Shown here one piece after another: positions 21,822 through 31,847 of a stretch of DNA of 64,000 bases (positions within the stretch are counted from its first letter, which is position 1; the number at the start of each line of letters is the position of its first letter). A program made the position numbers and the translations under genes. Origin of the DNA: a virus. The stretch is taken from IMG/VR virus record IMGVR_UViG_3300010885_014887, positions 4,464-68,463 of that record; one strand, 5' to 3'. Below the pieces are notes generated by a model. That model saw only the letters and a program-made list of their open reading frames with translations. It did not search any database and was not told where the DNA came from.

Positions 21822-24184
21822 TGGCTTACTTTGTCAAATACACAGATCAGATTCAAAATAATGTGCCTATCGAAATTCTCGATAACACTACTAATACTAG
21901 TACAAGTTTAGGATTTCCAGGTAGAAATCAAAAAGGGTATGCTAGTGTAATTGCTGAAAATTTCCTACATTTACTGGAAAACTTTGCAGCATCTACTCCG
22001 CCTAATCTAACACCTGGAATGTCTGGACAAGCAGTTACTGGGCAGCTTTGGTACGACACCACTGACGGTGTTGAGGAATTAAAAGTTTATGATGGATCTT
22101 CTTGGAAATCCTCTGGTTCATTAAAAAAAGCATCTAGTGAACCTACTGTTAGTAACAGTGTAATTGGAGATTTGTGGGTTGATACTTCTAATCAACAGTT
22201 GTACCTTTTTAATGGTGGTAAATGGATATTAGTAGGTCCTACATTTAGTAGTGGTCTCTTAACTGGATCTAAACCTGAAGCAATTGATGATGCTACAACA
22301 GCACAAATAACTCATGTGACTTTATTAAATTATGTTAATGATTCTGTAGTTACAATAGCAAGCAATAGTACTTTTACTCCAAAATCTGGTATTTCTGGAT
22401 TCTCTATACTTAAACCTGGAATAAATTTAAATTCTGATTCTTCGTACAAGTATTGGGGTACAAGTGAGAAAGCTGAAAATCTAGTTGATGGTACTAGTGT
22501 TTTTCCTGCTAGTAGTTTTCTTAGAAAAGATAATAATAATGTTACAACACAATCTTTTACAATTGCCAATAATTCCGGATTACTTATTGGTGATAATTCT
22601 TCACTACAACTTAACATAGACAATAACAGAGGTGTTTTATATTATTCTAGAACACAATCAAAATTAGATTTTAGAGTTAATTATGATCCAACAAAGTCTA
22701 CAGGAACTACATTAATAAGTTTAGATTCTGAATTTGGTCGCGTTGGAATCGGTATTGACAATACATCACCTACAGCATCTTTATCAGTTAAGGGAACTAG
22801 TAATTTTACCGAAACAATGAGAATTGTTTCTACAGAAGATACTACTGATGCTTCTAGTGGTGCATTAATAGTAAGTGGTGGAGTTGTTTTTAGTAAAACG
22901 TTACGTGTTAATGATACAATTAATGCATACGGAGAAATAATTACTACTTCTATAGTTCCAAGAACAACTGCTATAACCGAAACGGGGTATACTGTTGGAT
23001 CATTAGATTTTGTATTTGCTGGGATGTATGCTAATAGATTTCATGGAAATTTAACAGGAAATGTTATAGGAAATGTTACAGGAAATATTACAGGAAAATC
23101 AACAGGACTAACTAGTCTTACAAAGTTTACAATGACAGGTGATATACGAAGTGGTGGATTCAGTTTTGATGGATCCTCATCTCTTGTACAGGCTGGATCG
23201 TTTACAAGGAATCAAGAGTATAAAATTGCAACTCTAGGTGATACTAACTGGAATGCAATTGCTGGTACAAGCGGAGCAACATATATTGTTGGAATGGTTA
23301 TTACAGCAACCATTCCTGGAGCAATTACTAGTAATCCAGGTACAGCATGGACTTCACAGATTTGCAATTTTACTACTACAGTAGATTCAGATTTTGTTAA
23401 TAATAAATCTTCTCTTACAACTACTTTATATGATACTGATGAAATATTGATAAACAGACCTGAAATTCCTGGTAAAGGTGTTAAGGGATTATATAAGACT
23501 ACTAAAGCAAATCTTCTTACTAACCTACCATTTGTTCCGGTTGGATCAATTTTTCCGTTTGCCGGAAAAACAATTCCAAAAGGATATTTACTATGCGATG
23601 GAAGTGAAAAATTAATAGGTGTATATAGTGATCTTTTCGATCTCATCAAATATACATACACTCCGGATACTGCTAGTTTAGTTGGTAAGGGTACATTTAA
23701 ACTTCCTGATTTAAGAGGTAGATTCCCCTTAGGTTTAGATAATATGGACAACGGCGATACAGTTCCAGATAAAAACGAACAAATAGTAAATGCAGGCTCG
23801 TTCATTACTGGTCAAATATATAAAATTCACTTTTTAGGTAATCCTGGTACTCTTACTGACTTCGTGTCACTAGGTGCTAGTAGAAGTGAAATTAATATCG
23901 TATTCACAGCAACAGGACCGGGTAGTGGATCAGGGACTGCTTCATTAACTAGTACAAGTTATATCGATAGCGGCGGCGGCGCAGCAAATAGAGTAACTGC
24001 TGATACGGCTAAAAATCTAGGTCAAGGTGCCGGAGCAGAAATCTTAAGACCTGCTGTAAATGGTATCATTGGATATAGTGGATCTAAAGGTGATATTGAT
24101 TCTAGATCAATAATGAATCCATATTTGGCCATTAATTATATAATCTATGCTGGAATAACTACAGCAGACGGAGCAACACAATGA
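21821..24184 (+). CDS. Tail fibre protein with phage tail-collar domain
   Basis: Collar motif VPVGSIFPFAGKTIPKGYLLCDG...YSDLFDLI...FKLPDLRGRFPLG and C-terminal MNPYLAINYII. The N-terminal ENFLHLLENFA...GQLWYD module is shared with the next two genes. Confidence 0.8.
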   Translation: MAYFVKYTDQIQNNVPIEILDNTTNTSTSLGFPGRNQKGYASVIAENFLHLLENFAASTPPNLTPGMSGQAVTGQLWYDTTDGVEELKVYDGSSWKSSGSLKKASSEPTVSNSVIGDLWVDTSNQQLYLFNGGKWILVGPTFSSGLLTGSKPEAIDDATTAQITHVTLLNYVNDSVVTIASNSTFTPKSGISGFSILKPGINLNSDSSYKYWGTSEKAENLVDGTSVFPASSFLRKDNNNVTTQSFTIANNSGLLIGDNSSLQLNIDNNRGVLYYSRTQSKLDFRVNYDPTKSTGTTLISLDSEFGRVGIGIDNTSPTASLSVKGTSNFTETMRIVSTEDTTDASSGALIVSGGVVFSKTLRVNDTINAYGEIITTSIVPRTTAITETGYTVGSLDFVFAGMYANRFHGNLTGNVIGNVTGNITGKSTGLTSLTKFTMTGDIRSGGFSFDGSSSLVQAGSFTRNQEYKIATLGDTNWNAIAGTSGATYIVGMVITATIPGAITSNPGTAWTSQICNFTTTVDSDFVNNKSSLTTTLYDTDEILINRPEIPGKGVKGLYKTTKANLLTNLPFVPVGSIFPFAGKTIPKGYLLCDGSEKLIGVYSDLFDLIKYTYTPDTASLVGKGTFKLPDLRGRFPLGLDNMDNGDTVPDKNEQIVNAGSFITGQIYKIHFLGNPGTLTDFVSLGASRSEINIVFTATGPGSGSGTASLTSTSYIDSGGGAANRVTADTAKNLGQGAGAEILRPAVNGIIGYSGSKGDIDSRSIMNPYLAINYIIYAGITTADGATQ

Positions 24185-25623
24185 CCTATACTATTAATAA
24201 ATCTAACGGAACAAAATTAGTTGATGTGCTTGATGGAACGATTGATGAGACAACTAATCTTAAATTAATAGGAAAAAATGCTACTACATTTGGAGAAGCA
24301 CTTAACGAAGATCTTGTTTTCCTCTTAGAGAATTTTTCTAATTCTATTCCTCCTAGTCGTCCATTAACTGGACAGATATGGTACAACACTGCGGATTCTA
24401 AACTACAAGTTTATTCAGGATTAACAGGCGGATGGAGGACAGCTGGATCTCCGATCGTAAGTCAGACACAGCCCGCTAGCCTTACTACTGGCGATCTTTG
24501 GATTAATAGTTTTGATAAACAACTTTATTTCTTTGATGGAACTGCTTTAACTTTAGCTGGTCCTATATGGTCTGACAAGCAAGGAACAACTGGATTCGTT
24601 GCTGAAACATTATATGATGAATTTGGTAACTCTAAACCAATTTTAAAACTTTGGGTTAACAATGTTAATTTAGGAATGTTTTCATCTGCTGAATTCGTAC
24701 CTGTTCCTGCAATGACCGGTTATACTATAATAAGAAAAGGTTACACTTCTAATTCAGCGGTTTCGAGCACATTTGATCTTATAGCAATTGATTCTACATT
24801 ATTAGGTGGTGTTGCGGCGTCTGGATATTTAAGGAGAGATAGTATCTCCAATGGTGCATCAACAATGACGGTGCCCCTTTATGTTGCAAATAATTCTGGT
24901 GTAACTGTTGGAACTACACAAAATGCTCAATTTAAAGTTAGTGGATATAATTTACAGATAGAAAATACTAGATCTAATGGTAATATATCTATTAGGACTA
25001 CAAAAACATCTGGTACTGATATTATAACCGATAACATTGTTATTAGTGCCTCAAATGGATTTGTAGGTATCAACAACTCGTTACCCAGTGTTCAACTCGA
25101 TATTACTGGAAATATTAAAGCATCTGGTACTAGTGAATTTATCGGAAATCTCTATGTCAATACTGACAAGTTTACAGTAGCATCATCGACTGGTAATACT
25201 GTAGTTGCTGGAACACTAAATGTAACAGGGTTGTCAACATTGGGTTCAGCAAAGATTAGTAGCCTAACTAGCGGTCGTGTGTTATTAGCAGGGTCATCAG
25301 GATTAATACAAGATAATAGTAAATTAACATTTAATAATTCTACTTCTACTTTAGCTGTTACTGGTAATTTAACTGTTAGTGGTAAAATTCTCACAAAGCC
25401 AATTGCACTTTCATTAATTGATAATGATATATTAGTAGGTACTGATGTGGTAGCAGGAACTATCACGATATTAAATCAACTTGCAAGTCCTAGCGACTAT
25501 CTAGATACACAAAAAGCAATAATCCGCTACACTCATATAAACTTCCTTACAAGTTCAGTTGATAATAGTTATAATAAGAGTTATACCCTAACAGGAGGAG
25601 TATGGACTTTGGATAGTCCATAG
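24181..25623 (+). CDS. Tail fibre-like structural protein (paralogue 2)
   Basis: LIGKNATTFGEALNEDLVFLLENFS...GQIWYN...GDLWIN module; G/S/T/N-rich beta repeats; ATGA overlap with the upstream gene. Confidence 0.7.
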   Translation: MTYTINKSNGTKLVDVLDGTIDETTNLKLIGKNATTFGEALNEDLVFLLENFSNSIPPSRPLTGQIWYNTADSKLQVYSGLTGGWRTAGSPIVSQTQPASLTTGDLWINSFDKQLYFFDGTALTLAGPIWSDKQGTTGFVAETLYDEFGNSKPILKLWVNNVNLGMFSSAEFVPVPAMTGYTIIRKGYTSNSAVSSTFDLIAIDSTLLGGVAASGYLRRDSISNGASTMTVPLYVANNSGVTVGTTQNAQFKVSGYNLQIENTRSNGNISIRTTKTSGTDIITDNIVISASNGFVGINNSLPSVQLDITGNIKASGTSEFIGNLYVNTDKFTVASSTGNTVVAGTLNVTGLSTLGSAKISSLTSGRVLLAGSSGLIQDNSKLTFNNSTSTLAVTGNLTVSGKILTKPIALSLIDNDILVGTDVVAGTITILNQLASPSDYLDTQKAIIRYTHINFLTSSVDNSYNKSYTLTGGVWTLDSP

Positions 25624-25665
25624 TAATTGATAAATATTTCATAAGTATGACCAGGAGCTATTAGT

Positions 25666-27225
25666 ATGCCATATGAATTAAAACGATATAATAACGATAG
25701 ATTAGTCACTGTACCGGATTCTCAAAACGATACTCTTACTACATCTTTAACATTCATAGGAAAGAACTTTGCCGGATACGGTGCAGATCAGAATGAAAAT
25801 TTCCTTTATCTATTGGAAAACTTTGCTAGAGGAACAGCTCCGCAGAAACCAATTACAGGACAGATATGGTATGACTCTCAGGCTAAAAAATTAAAGTACT
25901 ATGATGAGACTATTTCTGGTACTAATAAGTGGCGCACAACTGGAGGATCATATGTAGGAACGGTTGATCCTTCGCAGACAAATGCACTTAATATTGGTGA
26001 TCTTTGGTTTGATGAAGACACTAAGCAACTAAAAGCATGGTCAGGCTTAACTTTTGTATTAGTTGGTCCACAGGCTGTTAGTGGCGCAGGCACAACAAAT
26101 TTAGAAAGCGTATCTGTAACTGATGATGTTGGTGGTACACATCCTATAATTAAAGCATCGATCGGTGGTATTGTTATGTACATTATTAGCAATTCCTCAT
26201 TTACTCTTGCTAGCAGCAATTCAATAACTGGTTTTTCTTATATAAGAGAAGGTATAACTTTAAAGAATAGTAGTACTACAGGAATCACAGACATTGCTGC
26301 TTCAACTAGATTCTGGGGAACAGCATCAGATTCTGATAAATTAGGTGGATTAGCAGCCAATACATATGTACAAAAAGGTAGTGCATCTTTCAGTGCTTTA
26401 GCAGCATTTCCAAATGCAGGTATTACTATTGGAAATCCTGCTCTTATTAAGATCTTTGTTGACGAGTCAAATAGTAATCTAGGAACTATCCAGAATTTAA
26501 TATCAAGTACTTTGTCAATTAAGGTAAGAAATCCAAGCACTAATGATACATTAAATCCAATCGTAGTTTCTCTTTATAATGTAAATCCTGGAGCACATCA
26601 GACATATGATTTAGGAACAGATGCATTACAATGGAATAAGTTATATGCTAAAGATGTTTATGCTACAAATTTCCATGGAGCATTAGTCGGCGGTACCTCA
26701 GAAAAATCTGATACATTAAAATATGCTAGAGCAACTCCTGTTAATAGTTATGTATCAGCAACAGATGAAAGCGTTGCTAACACTATCGTTGCTAGAGATA
26801 ACAATTCTAATTTTGCAGCAAATATTATAACTGCTGTAGCGACACAAGCACGATACGCTGACTTAGCAGAAAAATATGATGCAGATGCAATTTATGATCC
26901 AGGTACAGTTGTTGTGTTTGGCGGAGTTAGAGAGATAACAGTTACAACTATCGAAGAAGATACAAGGGTCGCTGGAGTTATTTCAACTAACCCGGCTTAT
27001 CTAATGAATGTTGAATCAGAAGGATTAGCAGTAGCACTGAGAGGTAAAGTTCCTTGTAAAGTAATTGGTCCAATTAAAAAAGGTGATATATTAGTATCAT
27101 CATCAGTACTTGGTTATGCTATGGCAAGCCGCAGTAATAATCCGTTGGCTGCATCTATTATTGGAAAAAGCTTAGAAGACAAGTTTGATCTAGATCTTGG
27201 AACCATAATGATAGTAGTTACATAA
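25666..27225 (+). CDS. Tail fibre-like protein (paralogue 3) with C-terminal intramolecular-chaperone/peptidase-G2-like domain
   Basis: Same N-terminal module. The C-terminal YADLAEKY...PGTVVVFGG...VAGVISTNPAYLMN...VALRGKVPCKVIGPIKKGDILVSS is typical of autocleaved fibre chaperone domains; AGGAG RBS. Confidence 0.75.
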   Translation: MPYELKRYNNDRLVTVPDSQNDTLTTSLTFIGKNFAGYGADQNENFLYLLENFARGTAPQKPITGQIWYDSQAKKLKYYDETISGTNKWRTTGGSYVGTVDPSQTNALNIGDLWFDEDTKQLKAWSGLTFVLVGPQAVSGAGTTNLESVSVTDDVGGTHPIIKASIGGIVMYIISNSSFTLASSNSITGFSYIREGITLKNSSTTGITDIAASTRFWGTASDSDKLGGLAANTYVQKGSASFSALAAFPNAGITIGNPALIKIFVDESNSNLGTIQNLISSTLSIKVRNPSTNDTLNPIVVSLYNVNPGAHQTYDLGTDALQWNKLYAKDVYATNFHGALVGGTSEKSDTLKYARATPVNSYVSATDESVANTIVARDNNSNFAANIITAVATQARYADLAEKYDADAIYDPGTVVVFGGVREITVTTIEEDTRVAGVISTNPAYLMNVESEGLAVALRGKVPCKVIGPIKKGDILVSSSVLGYAMASRSNNPLAASIIGKSLEDKFDLDLGTIMIVVT

Positions 27226-27262
27226 GTAAAAGAGATAAATTAAAGAATAGGAAGAATGTAAG

Positions 27263-28207
27263 ATGGTCGCAAATACTGATTTAATAAGTGCAGCTGAATA
27301 TAATTATTCTAGGGGTTTAGTTTCGGGTATTCTTACTAGTTATGGGTATACTGCTACTGCTGTTGCTGTTACTGGCGGAACTACAATCGTATCAGCACAG
27401 ACTTCTGCTTATCAGTGGCTTGCATTAGTTGCTGATATGAATAGATGTGCAGCACACCAAGGAACAACTCTTACATTACCATCTGCAGGAAGAGTAGCAT
27501 CGGGTAACTTAGTATATGCGACAGATATTACTCTCTTTAGAACTGCTGCTGATTTATTAGATGCTAACAGATATAATATTGCTGAAGCTAGTCTTGTTAC
27601 ATTAAGGAATCCTCAGAGAAATGATACATATCCTGGTAGTTATTGGGGCGCTGCTGCTGGTTCTGTCTCGCATAACTTTACGATTACATTTAATGATGCT
27701 ACCCATATAACTAGTTTCTTCAATGCTGGCGGAAAAATAGTATGGAATGCAACTCGCACTGGCGGCGCTGCTACACTACAGAATTCTAACTGGGAGACTC
27801 TGCTTAATAGTTTAGGAACGGTGCTATATGCTTATAATGAAACTAAATGGGGTGCATCTACTGATAGAACTGGAAATTTTGGATATAAAACTACACCAAC
27901 AGCGTCATCGGGTATACTACTTGTGCAGCAAGGAACTGATACTGCTAGTTCGGTTCGTGGTACTTTTTATGCTGATAATGATTGTACAATAAGTGTAGTT
28001 AAGAGTGCAACTGCAATTACCTTTAGTGTATTATTTAGAGATGACGACAAAACTGTTGCTATTGGTGCAAATCCTAACGGTGCTGAATGGGGAAATTATG
28101 ACTATGTTGACGGACTTCTACAATCTTTTGTTAAAGTTCTTAGACCATCCGGTGCTAATATAGATATTGCTGTTCCAACGTATTCCTTTACAGCAGAACT
28201 TACATAA
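27263..28207 (+). CDS. Putative virion structural protein
   Basis: A/T/G-rich, with an FFNAGGKI motif; last gene of the structural block. Confidence 0.5.
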   Translation: MVANTDLISAAEYNYSRGLVSGILTSYGYTATAVAVTGGTTIVSAQTSAYQWLALVADMNRCAAHQGTTLTLPSAGRVASGNLVYATDITLFRTAADLLDANRYNIAEASLVTLRNPQRNDTYPGSYWGAAAGSVSHNFTITFNDATHITSFFNAGGKIVWNATRTGGAATLQNSNWETLLNSLGTVLYAYNETKWGASTDRTGNFGYKTTPTASSGILLVQQGTDTASSVRGTFYADNDCTISVVKSATAITFSVLFRDDDKTVAIGANPNGAEWGNYDYVDGLLQSFVKVLRPSGANIDIAVPTYSFTAELT

Positions 28208-28214
28208 TCAAAAC

Positions 28215-28243
28215 TTGATTTCCTAATAATTCTAATGTATAAT
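28215..28243 (+). promoter_or_regulatory. Sigma70-like promoter at the start of the enzyme cluster
   Basis: TTGATT (28215-28220), 17-bp spacer, TATAAT (28238-28243); GGAG RBS at 28256-28259 before the ATG at 28267. Confidence 0.6.
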
Positions 28244-28266
28244 TACATTATTATTGGAGATTTCAT

Positions 28267-28617
28267 ATGGATGACAGATTAAAATCTGCTCTCGATGTAG
28301 CTAATCGAATGGTTACATTTAATACTCAAAAAGAATTAATAAAGCAAGAATATAAAGAAAATTGTCTTTACTACGAAAATGGGCATCAATTTACAGTTAA
28401 TCGAGAACTTATTAATTTTTTAACATCACTTATCCAAATGGGATATACTGAAGATGTAGTAGTCGTTGATGATTTTGAAAATCCATATATGATATCTAAT
28501 ATTGAAGATTTTCGTTCTGCTATTTTTGATATTTACGCAGAAACAAGTAATCATTATTATCAAAAATATATCGAATTAAAGAAAAGTCGTTCGGTATTAA
28601 CGATGATTGGAATATAA
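28267..28617 (+). CDS. Hypothetical protein (possibly fibre-assembly chaperone-like)
   Basis: 116-aa ORF with a good RBS, abutting the next gene; function inferred from position only. Confidence 0.5.
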   Translation: MDDRLKSALDVANRMVTFNTQKELIKQEYKENCLYYENGHQFTVNRELINFLTSLIQMGYTEDVVVVDDFENPYMISNIEDFRSAIFDIYAETSNHYYQKYIELKKSRSVLTMIGI

Positions 28618-29499
28618 ATGTCATTGGGTGTATTAATGTTTGCCCATAATAATCGAGAAATTGATTACGGTACAATGGCATATGTATCGGCTAGATATGT
28701 GAACAAATATCTAAATGTACCAGTGAGTCTAGTAACAGATTCTAGTACAGTTAGATGGTTAGATAATAAAGATCCTAATATAATAAAATTCTTTGATAAG
28801 ATTATCTTAACTGATAACATACCCCAACCTAATAGGCAGGATAAAAGATTTTATGACGGGTCTTTAACTTTTAAAAGGATACCTTTTAAAAACGGATTTC
28901 GTTCTCGAGCGTATGAGTTAAGTCCTTATGATAAAACTCTAGTAATAGATACTGATGTGTTAATTAAGAATGATAGATTAAAATATATATGGAACTCTAA
29001 TACAGATTTTATGATTAATTCTAAACATATTGATATTGCACAAAATCGAGAGACTATGGAATTTAAAAGAGTTAGTGATCATACTATTGATTTTTATTGG
29101 GCTACAATTTTTTATTTTGAAAAAACAGAATGGACAAAAACTTTTTTCAATCTCTGTCAATTTATAGTTGAAAACTATGAATATTATAAATTCCTTTATC
29201 AGATATCATATTCAGTGATGCGCAATGACTATGTTTTTAGTATCGCTATTCATATAATGAATGGGTTTAATAATTTGACAAAGCCAGATACATTGCCTGC
29301 AGATTTATACTATACTGTTGACAGAGATGAATTGTATCAGATTAATGATGATGGAACATTAATTTTTTTGATACAGAAAGCAAATGTTCTTGGAGAATAT
29401 ACTCTGGCTAAAACAGGAAATCAAAATATACATATAATGAACAAGTACAGTTTTAATAGGAACACTTCAAGATTATTGGAGGTGCTAAATGACAACTAA
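28618..29499 (+). CDS. GT-A fold glycosyltransferase-like protein (GT8-like)
   Basis: SPYDKTLVIDTDVLI DxD motif; FYWATIFYF; RNDYVFSIA; HIMNK. Confidence 0.7.
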   Translation: MSLGVLMFAHNNREIDYGTMAYVSARYVNKYLNVPVSLVTDSSTVRWLDNKDPNIIKFFDKIILTDNIPQPNRQDKRFYDGSLTFKRIPFKNGFRSRAYELSPYDKTLVIDTDVLIKNDRLKYIWNSNTDFMINSKHIDIAQNRETMEFKRVSDHTIDFYWATIFYFEKTEWTKTFFNLCQFIVENYEYYKFLYQISYSVMRNDYVFSIAIHIMNGFNNLTKPDTLPADLYYTVDRDELYQINDDGTLIFLIQKANVLGEYTLAKTGNQNIHIMNKYSFNRNTSRLLEVLNDN

Positions 29500-30358
29500 G
29501 GGTTATGTAATATTAGCACAGAATAATAGTTCTAATGACTATGTACGTATGGCATATGTCTTGGCTCTTTCTATAAAGTTAACTCAAAAAGAAATTACAT
29601 CTGTTTGTCTTATTACAGATGTTCCTGACGCGGTTCCTCATCATTGTAACAAAGTTTTCGATCATGTTATACAAATACCTTGGTATGATGATGCACTAAA
29701 TTCAGAATGGAAGATAGAAAATCGATGGAAGATTTATTACATTACTCCATATGACGAAACTATATTACTTGATGCTGATATGTTGTTTTTAAGCAATGTT
29801 GATAACAGATGGAAATTTCTTAACAAGAATTATGATTTATTCATTACTTCAGATGTGTTGACTTATAGAAATGAATTAGTGATTGATAATTATTATAGAA
29901 AGGCATTTGTAGAAAATAAACTACCAAATACTTATAGTGCTTTTACATATTTTAAAAAATCAAAACTTGCTGATGAATTTTGGTTGCTAGTTGATATTAT
30001 ATATAAAAATTGGCAAGAATTTTATAATAGATTTCTACCAAACTATAAACCAACACATCTTAGTATGGATGTAGTATTTGCATTGGCAGTAAAGATATTA
30101 GATATAGAAGACCAAATTACAACACCATTTACTTATCCTACCTTTATACATATGAAAAGTCGTATACAGAATTGGGGAAATATTTCTAACGAATGGACAG
30201 AATCTATAACACCCTATATTAGCAACGAAGGTAAACTTAAAATAGGTAATTTCCAGCAGACTGGTATATTTCACTACACGGAGAAGAAGTTTTTAAATAG
30301 ACATGTAGAGAATGTATATCGAACGATATATGAGGAAAGATTAAATGGATCAAAATGA
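29489..30358 (+). CDS. GT-A fold glycosyltransferase-like protein (GT8/mannosyltransferase-like)
   Basis: YVRMAYVLALSIK...CLITD; TPYDETILLDADMLFL DxD motif; MDVVFALA; FIHMK. Confidence 0.75.
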   Translation: MTTKGYVILAQNNSSNDYVRMAYVLALSIKLTQKEITSVCLITDVPDAVPHHCNKVFDHVIQIPWYDDALNSEWKIENRWKIYYITPYDETILLDADMLFLSNVDNRWKFLNKNYDLFITSDVLTYRNELVIDNYYRKAFVENKLPNTYSAFTYFKKSKLADEFWLLVDIIYKNWQEFYNRFLPNYKPTHLSMDVVFALAVKILDIEDQITTPFTYPTFIHMKSRIQNWGNISNEWTESITPYISNEGKLKIGNFQQTGIFHYTEKKFLNRHVENVYRTIYEERLNGSK

Positions 30359-30974
30359 AAAAGATGCAATTGAAGAATTGCTTAGAGTCCTCTCTGAAAA
30401 ATCTAATCCAATGTACTATTTTTATTACGATCCCTCGACTGGTGAAATAATACATATGCGAAATTATCTAGAAGTAGATAAATTACCACATATTGAAATT
30501 CCTCAAAGCGAAGTTGAAAGTAATATAATGTTTTCTTTATCTGATTATCAGATATTAGAAAAAGATGAAAAAATACAATTAGTTAAAAAAGAAAAAATAA
30601 TTGATGTATCTAGAATATACAGTAATATAAAAGATATCAAACGACTATTCATTAATCCTATTAACGAAATATCTCACAGGATTTACCAGTATGATATATT
30701 AATTGAACAAGACACAATTAAAAAAGAATATAGAATAAGATTGTCTGATGTAATAAAAGATCATTCTGAAAAATATTTAGATTTAAATCAACAATTTATT
30801 TTTTATGTAACCAAAGATTATGATCCTAACATTGTTCTTAATACACTTTATACTTCATTCCAGGAATTGTTAAAATGTTCTAGTGTTACTATACCTTATA
30901 GTGATCATGATGAAATTTATTCTAATATATTTTCTTCTTATTCTTATGATTTTTTACATTTGGTGATTGTATGA
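30345..30974 (+). CDS. Hypothetical protein
   Basis: 209-aa ORF overlapping both neighbours in the operon. Confidence 0.55.
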   Translation: MDQNEKDAIEELLRVLSEKSNPMYYFYYDPSTGEIIHMRNYLEVDKLPHIEIPQSEVESNIMFSLSDYQILEKDEKIQLVKKEKIIDVSRIYSNIKDIKRLFINPINEISHRIYQYDILIEQDTIKKEYRIRLSDVIKDHSEKYLDLNQQFIFYVTKDYDPNIVLNTLYTSFQELLKCSSVTIPYSDHDEIYSNIFSSYSYDFLHLVIV

Positions 30975-31846
30975 ATATTATGTTACATGATATTGATACT
31001 ATATTCATTAGCTACGACGAACCTAATGCTGATAAAAATTATTCAGAATTAGTAAAGATATTACCATGGGCTAAACGTATTCATGGAGTTAAAGGCAGTG
31101 ATAGCGCACACAAGGCTGCTGCTAATCTAAGTGAAACTGACAGATTTATTACAGTTGATGCTGATAATATAATAGATCCTAAGTTTTTTTCGCAGATTAT
31201 TCTTTTAACAGATGAAAATAAAGATTATGTATTTTCGTGGTGCGGAAAGAATTCGATAAATGGTCTTATATACGGCAATGGCGGACTTAAATGTTGGACT
31301 AAAGATTTTGTCCTCAACATGAAGACACACGAAAATGCAGATCCCAATGACGCTGAAAGTGTAGTTGAATTTTGCTTCGACCCTAGATATTATCAAATGA
31401 ATGAATGTTATTCTACAAGTTATATCAATGGCAGTCCTTTCCAAGCATGGCGGGCTGGCTTCCGTGAAGGAGTTAAGATGTGTCTTGATAGGGGAGCAAA
31501 ATCTGAAAATATTAAAAGAGTTTGGTGGCAGAATTATCATAGATTATTAATATGGTGCAATGTTGGTGCTGATGTAAAAAATGGCGTATGGGCAATTTAT
31601 GGAGCTCGGTTAGGTTGTTATCTTACAGCGTGTACTGAATGGGATTACACGCAAGTAAGAGATTTTGAGTACTTAACAGATTATTGGAAGAAACATGTTG
31701 AACATGTTGATGTTGAAAATGAAGTTGAAGGTATTGGAAATAATTTACGTCAAAATTTAAATTTAGAAATAGCAGATTTAGATGTTAATGCTTCTCGATT
31801 TTTTAAATCTGTATACCAAAATACCCCCAGAGTGATAGAAAGATAA
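30971..31846 (+). CDS. Glycosyltransferase-like protein (GT-A, DxD)
   Basis: IFISYDEPNA...RIHGVKGSDSAHKAAA...FITVDADN...NGLIYGNGGLK...AWRAGFREGVK; paralogue of 37860-38537. Confidence 0.6.
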   Translation: MNIMLHDIDTIFISYDEPNADKNYSELVKILPWAKRIHGVKGSDSAHKAAANLSETDRFITVDADNIIDPKFFSQIILLTDENKDYVFSWCGKNSINGLIYGNGGLKCWTKDFVLNMKTHENADPNDAESVVEFCFDPRYYQMNECYSTSYINGSPFQAWRAGFREGVKMCLDRGAKSENIKRVWWQNYHRLLIWCNVGADVKNGVWAIYGARLGCYLTACTEWDYTQVRDFEYLTDYWKKHVEHVDVENEVEGIGNNLRQNLNLEIADLDVNASRFFKSVYQNTPRVIER

Positions 31847-31847
31847 A

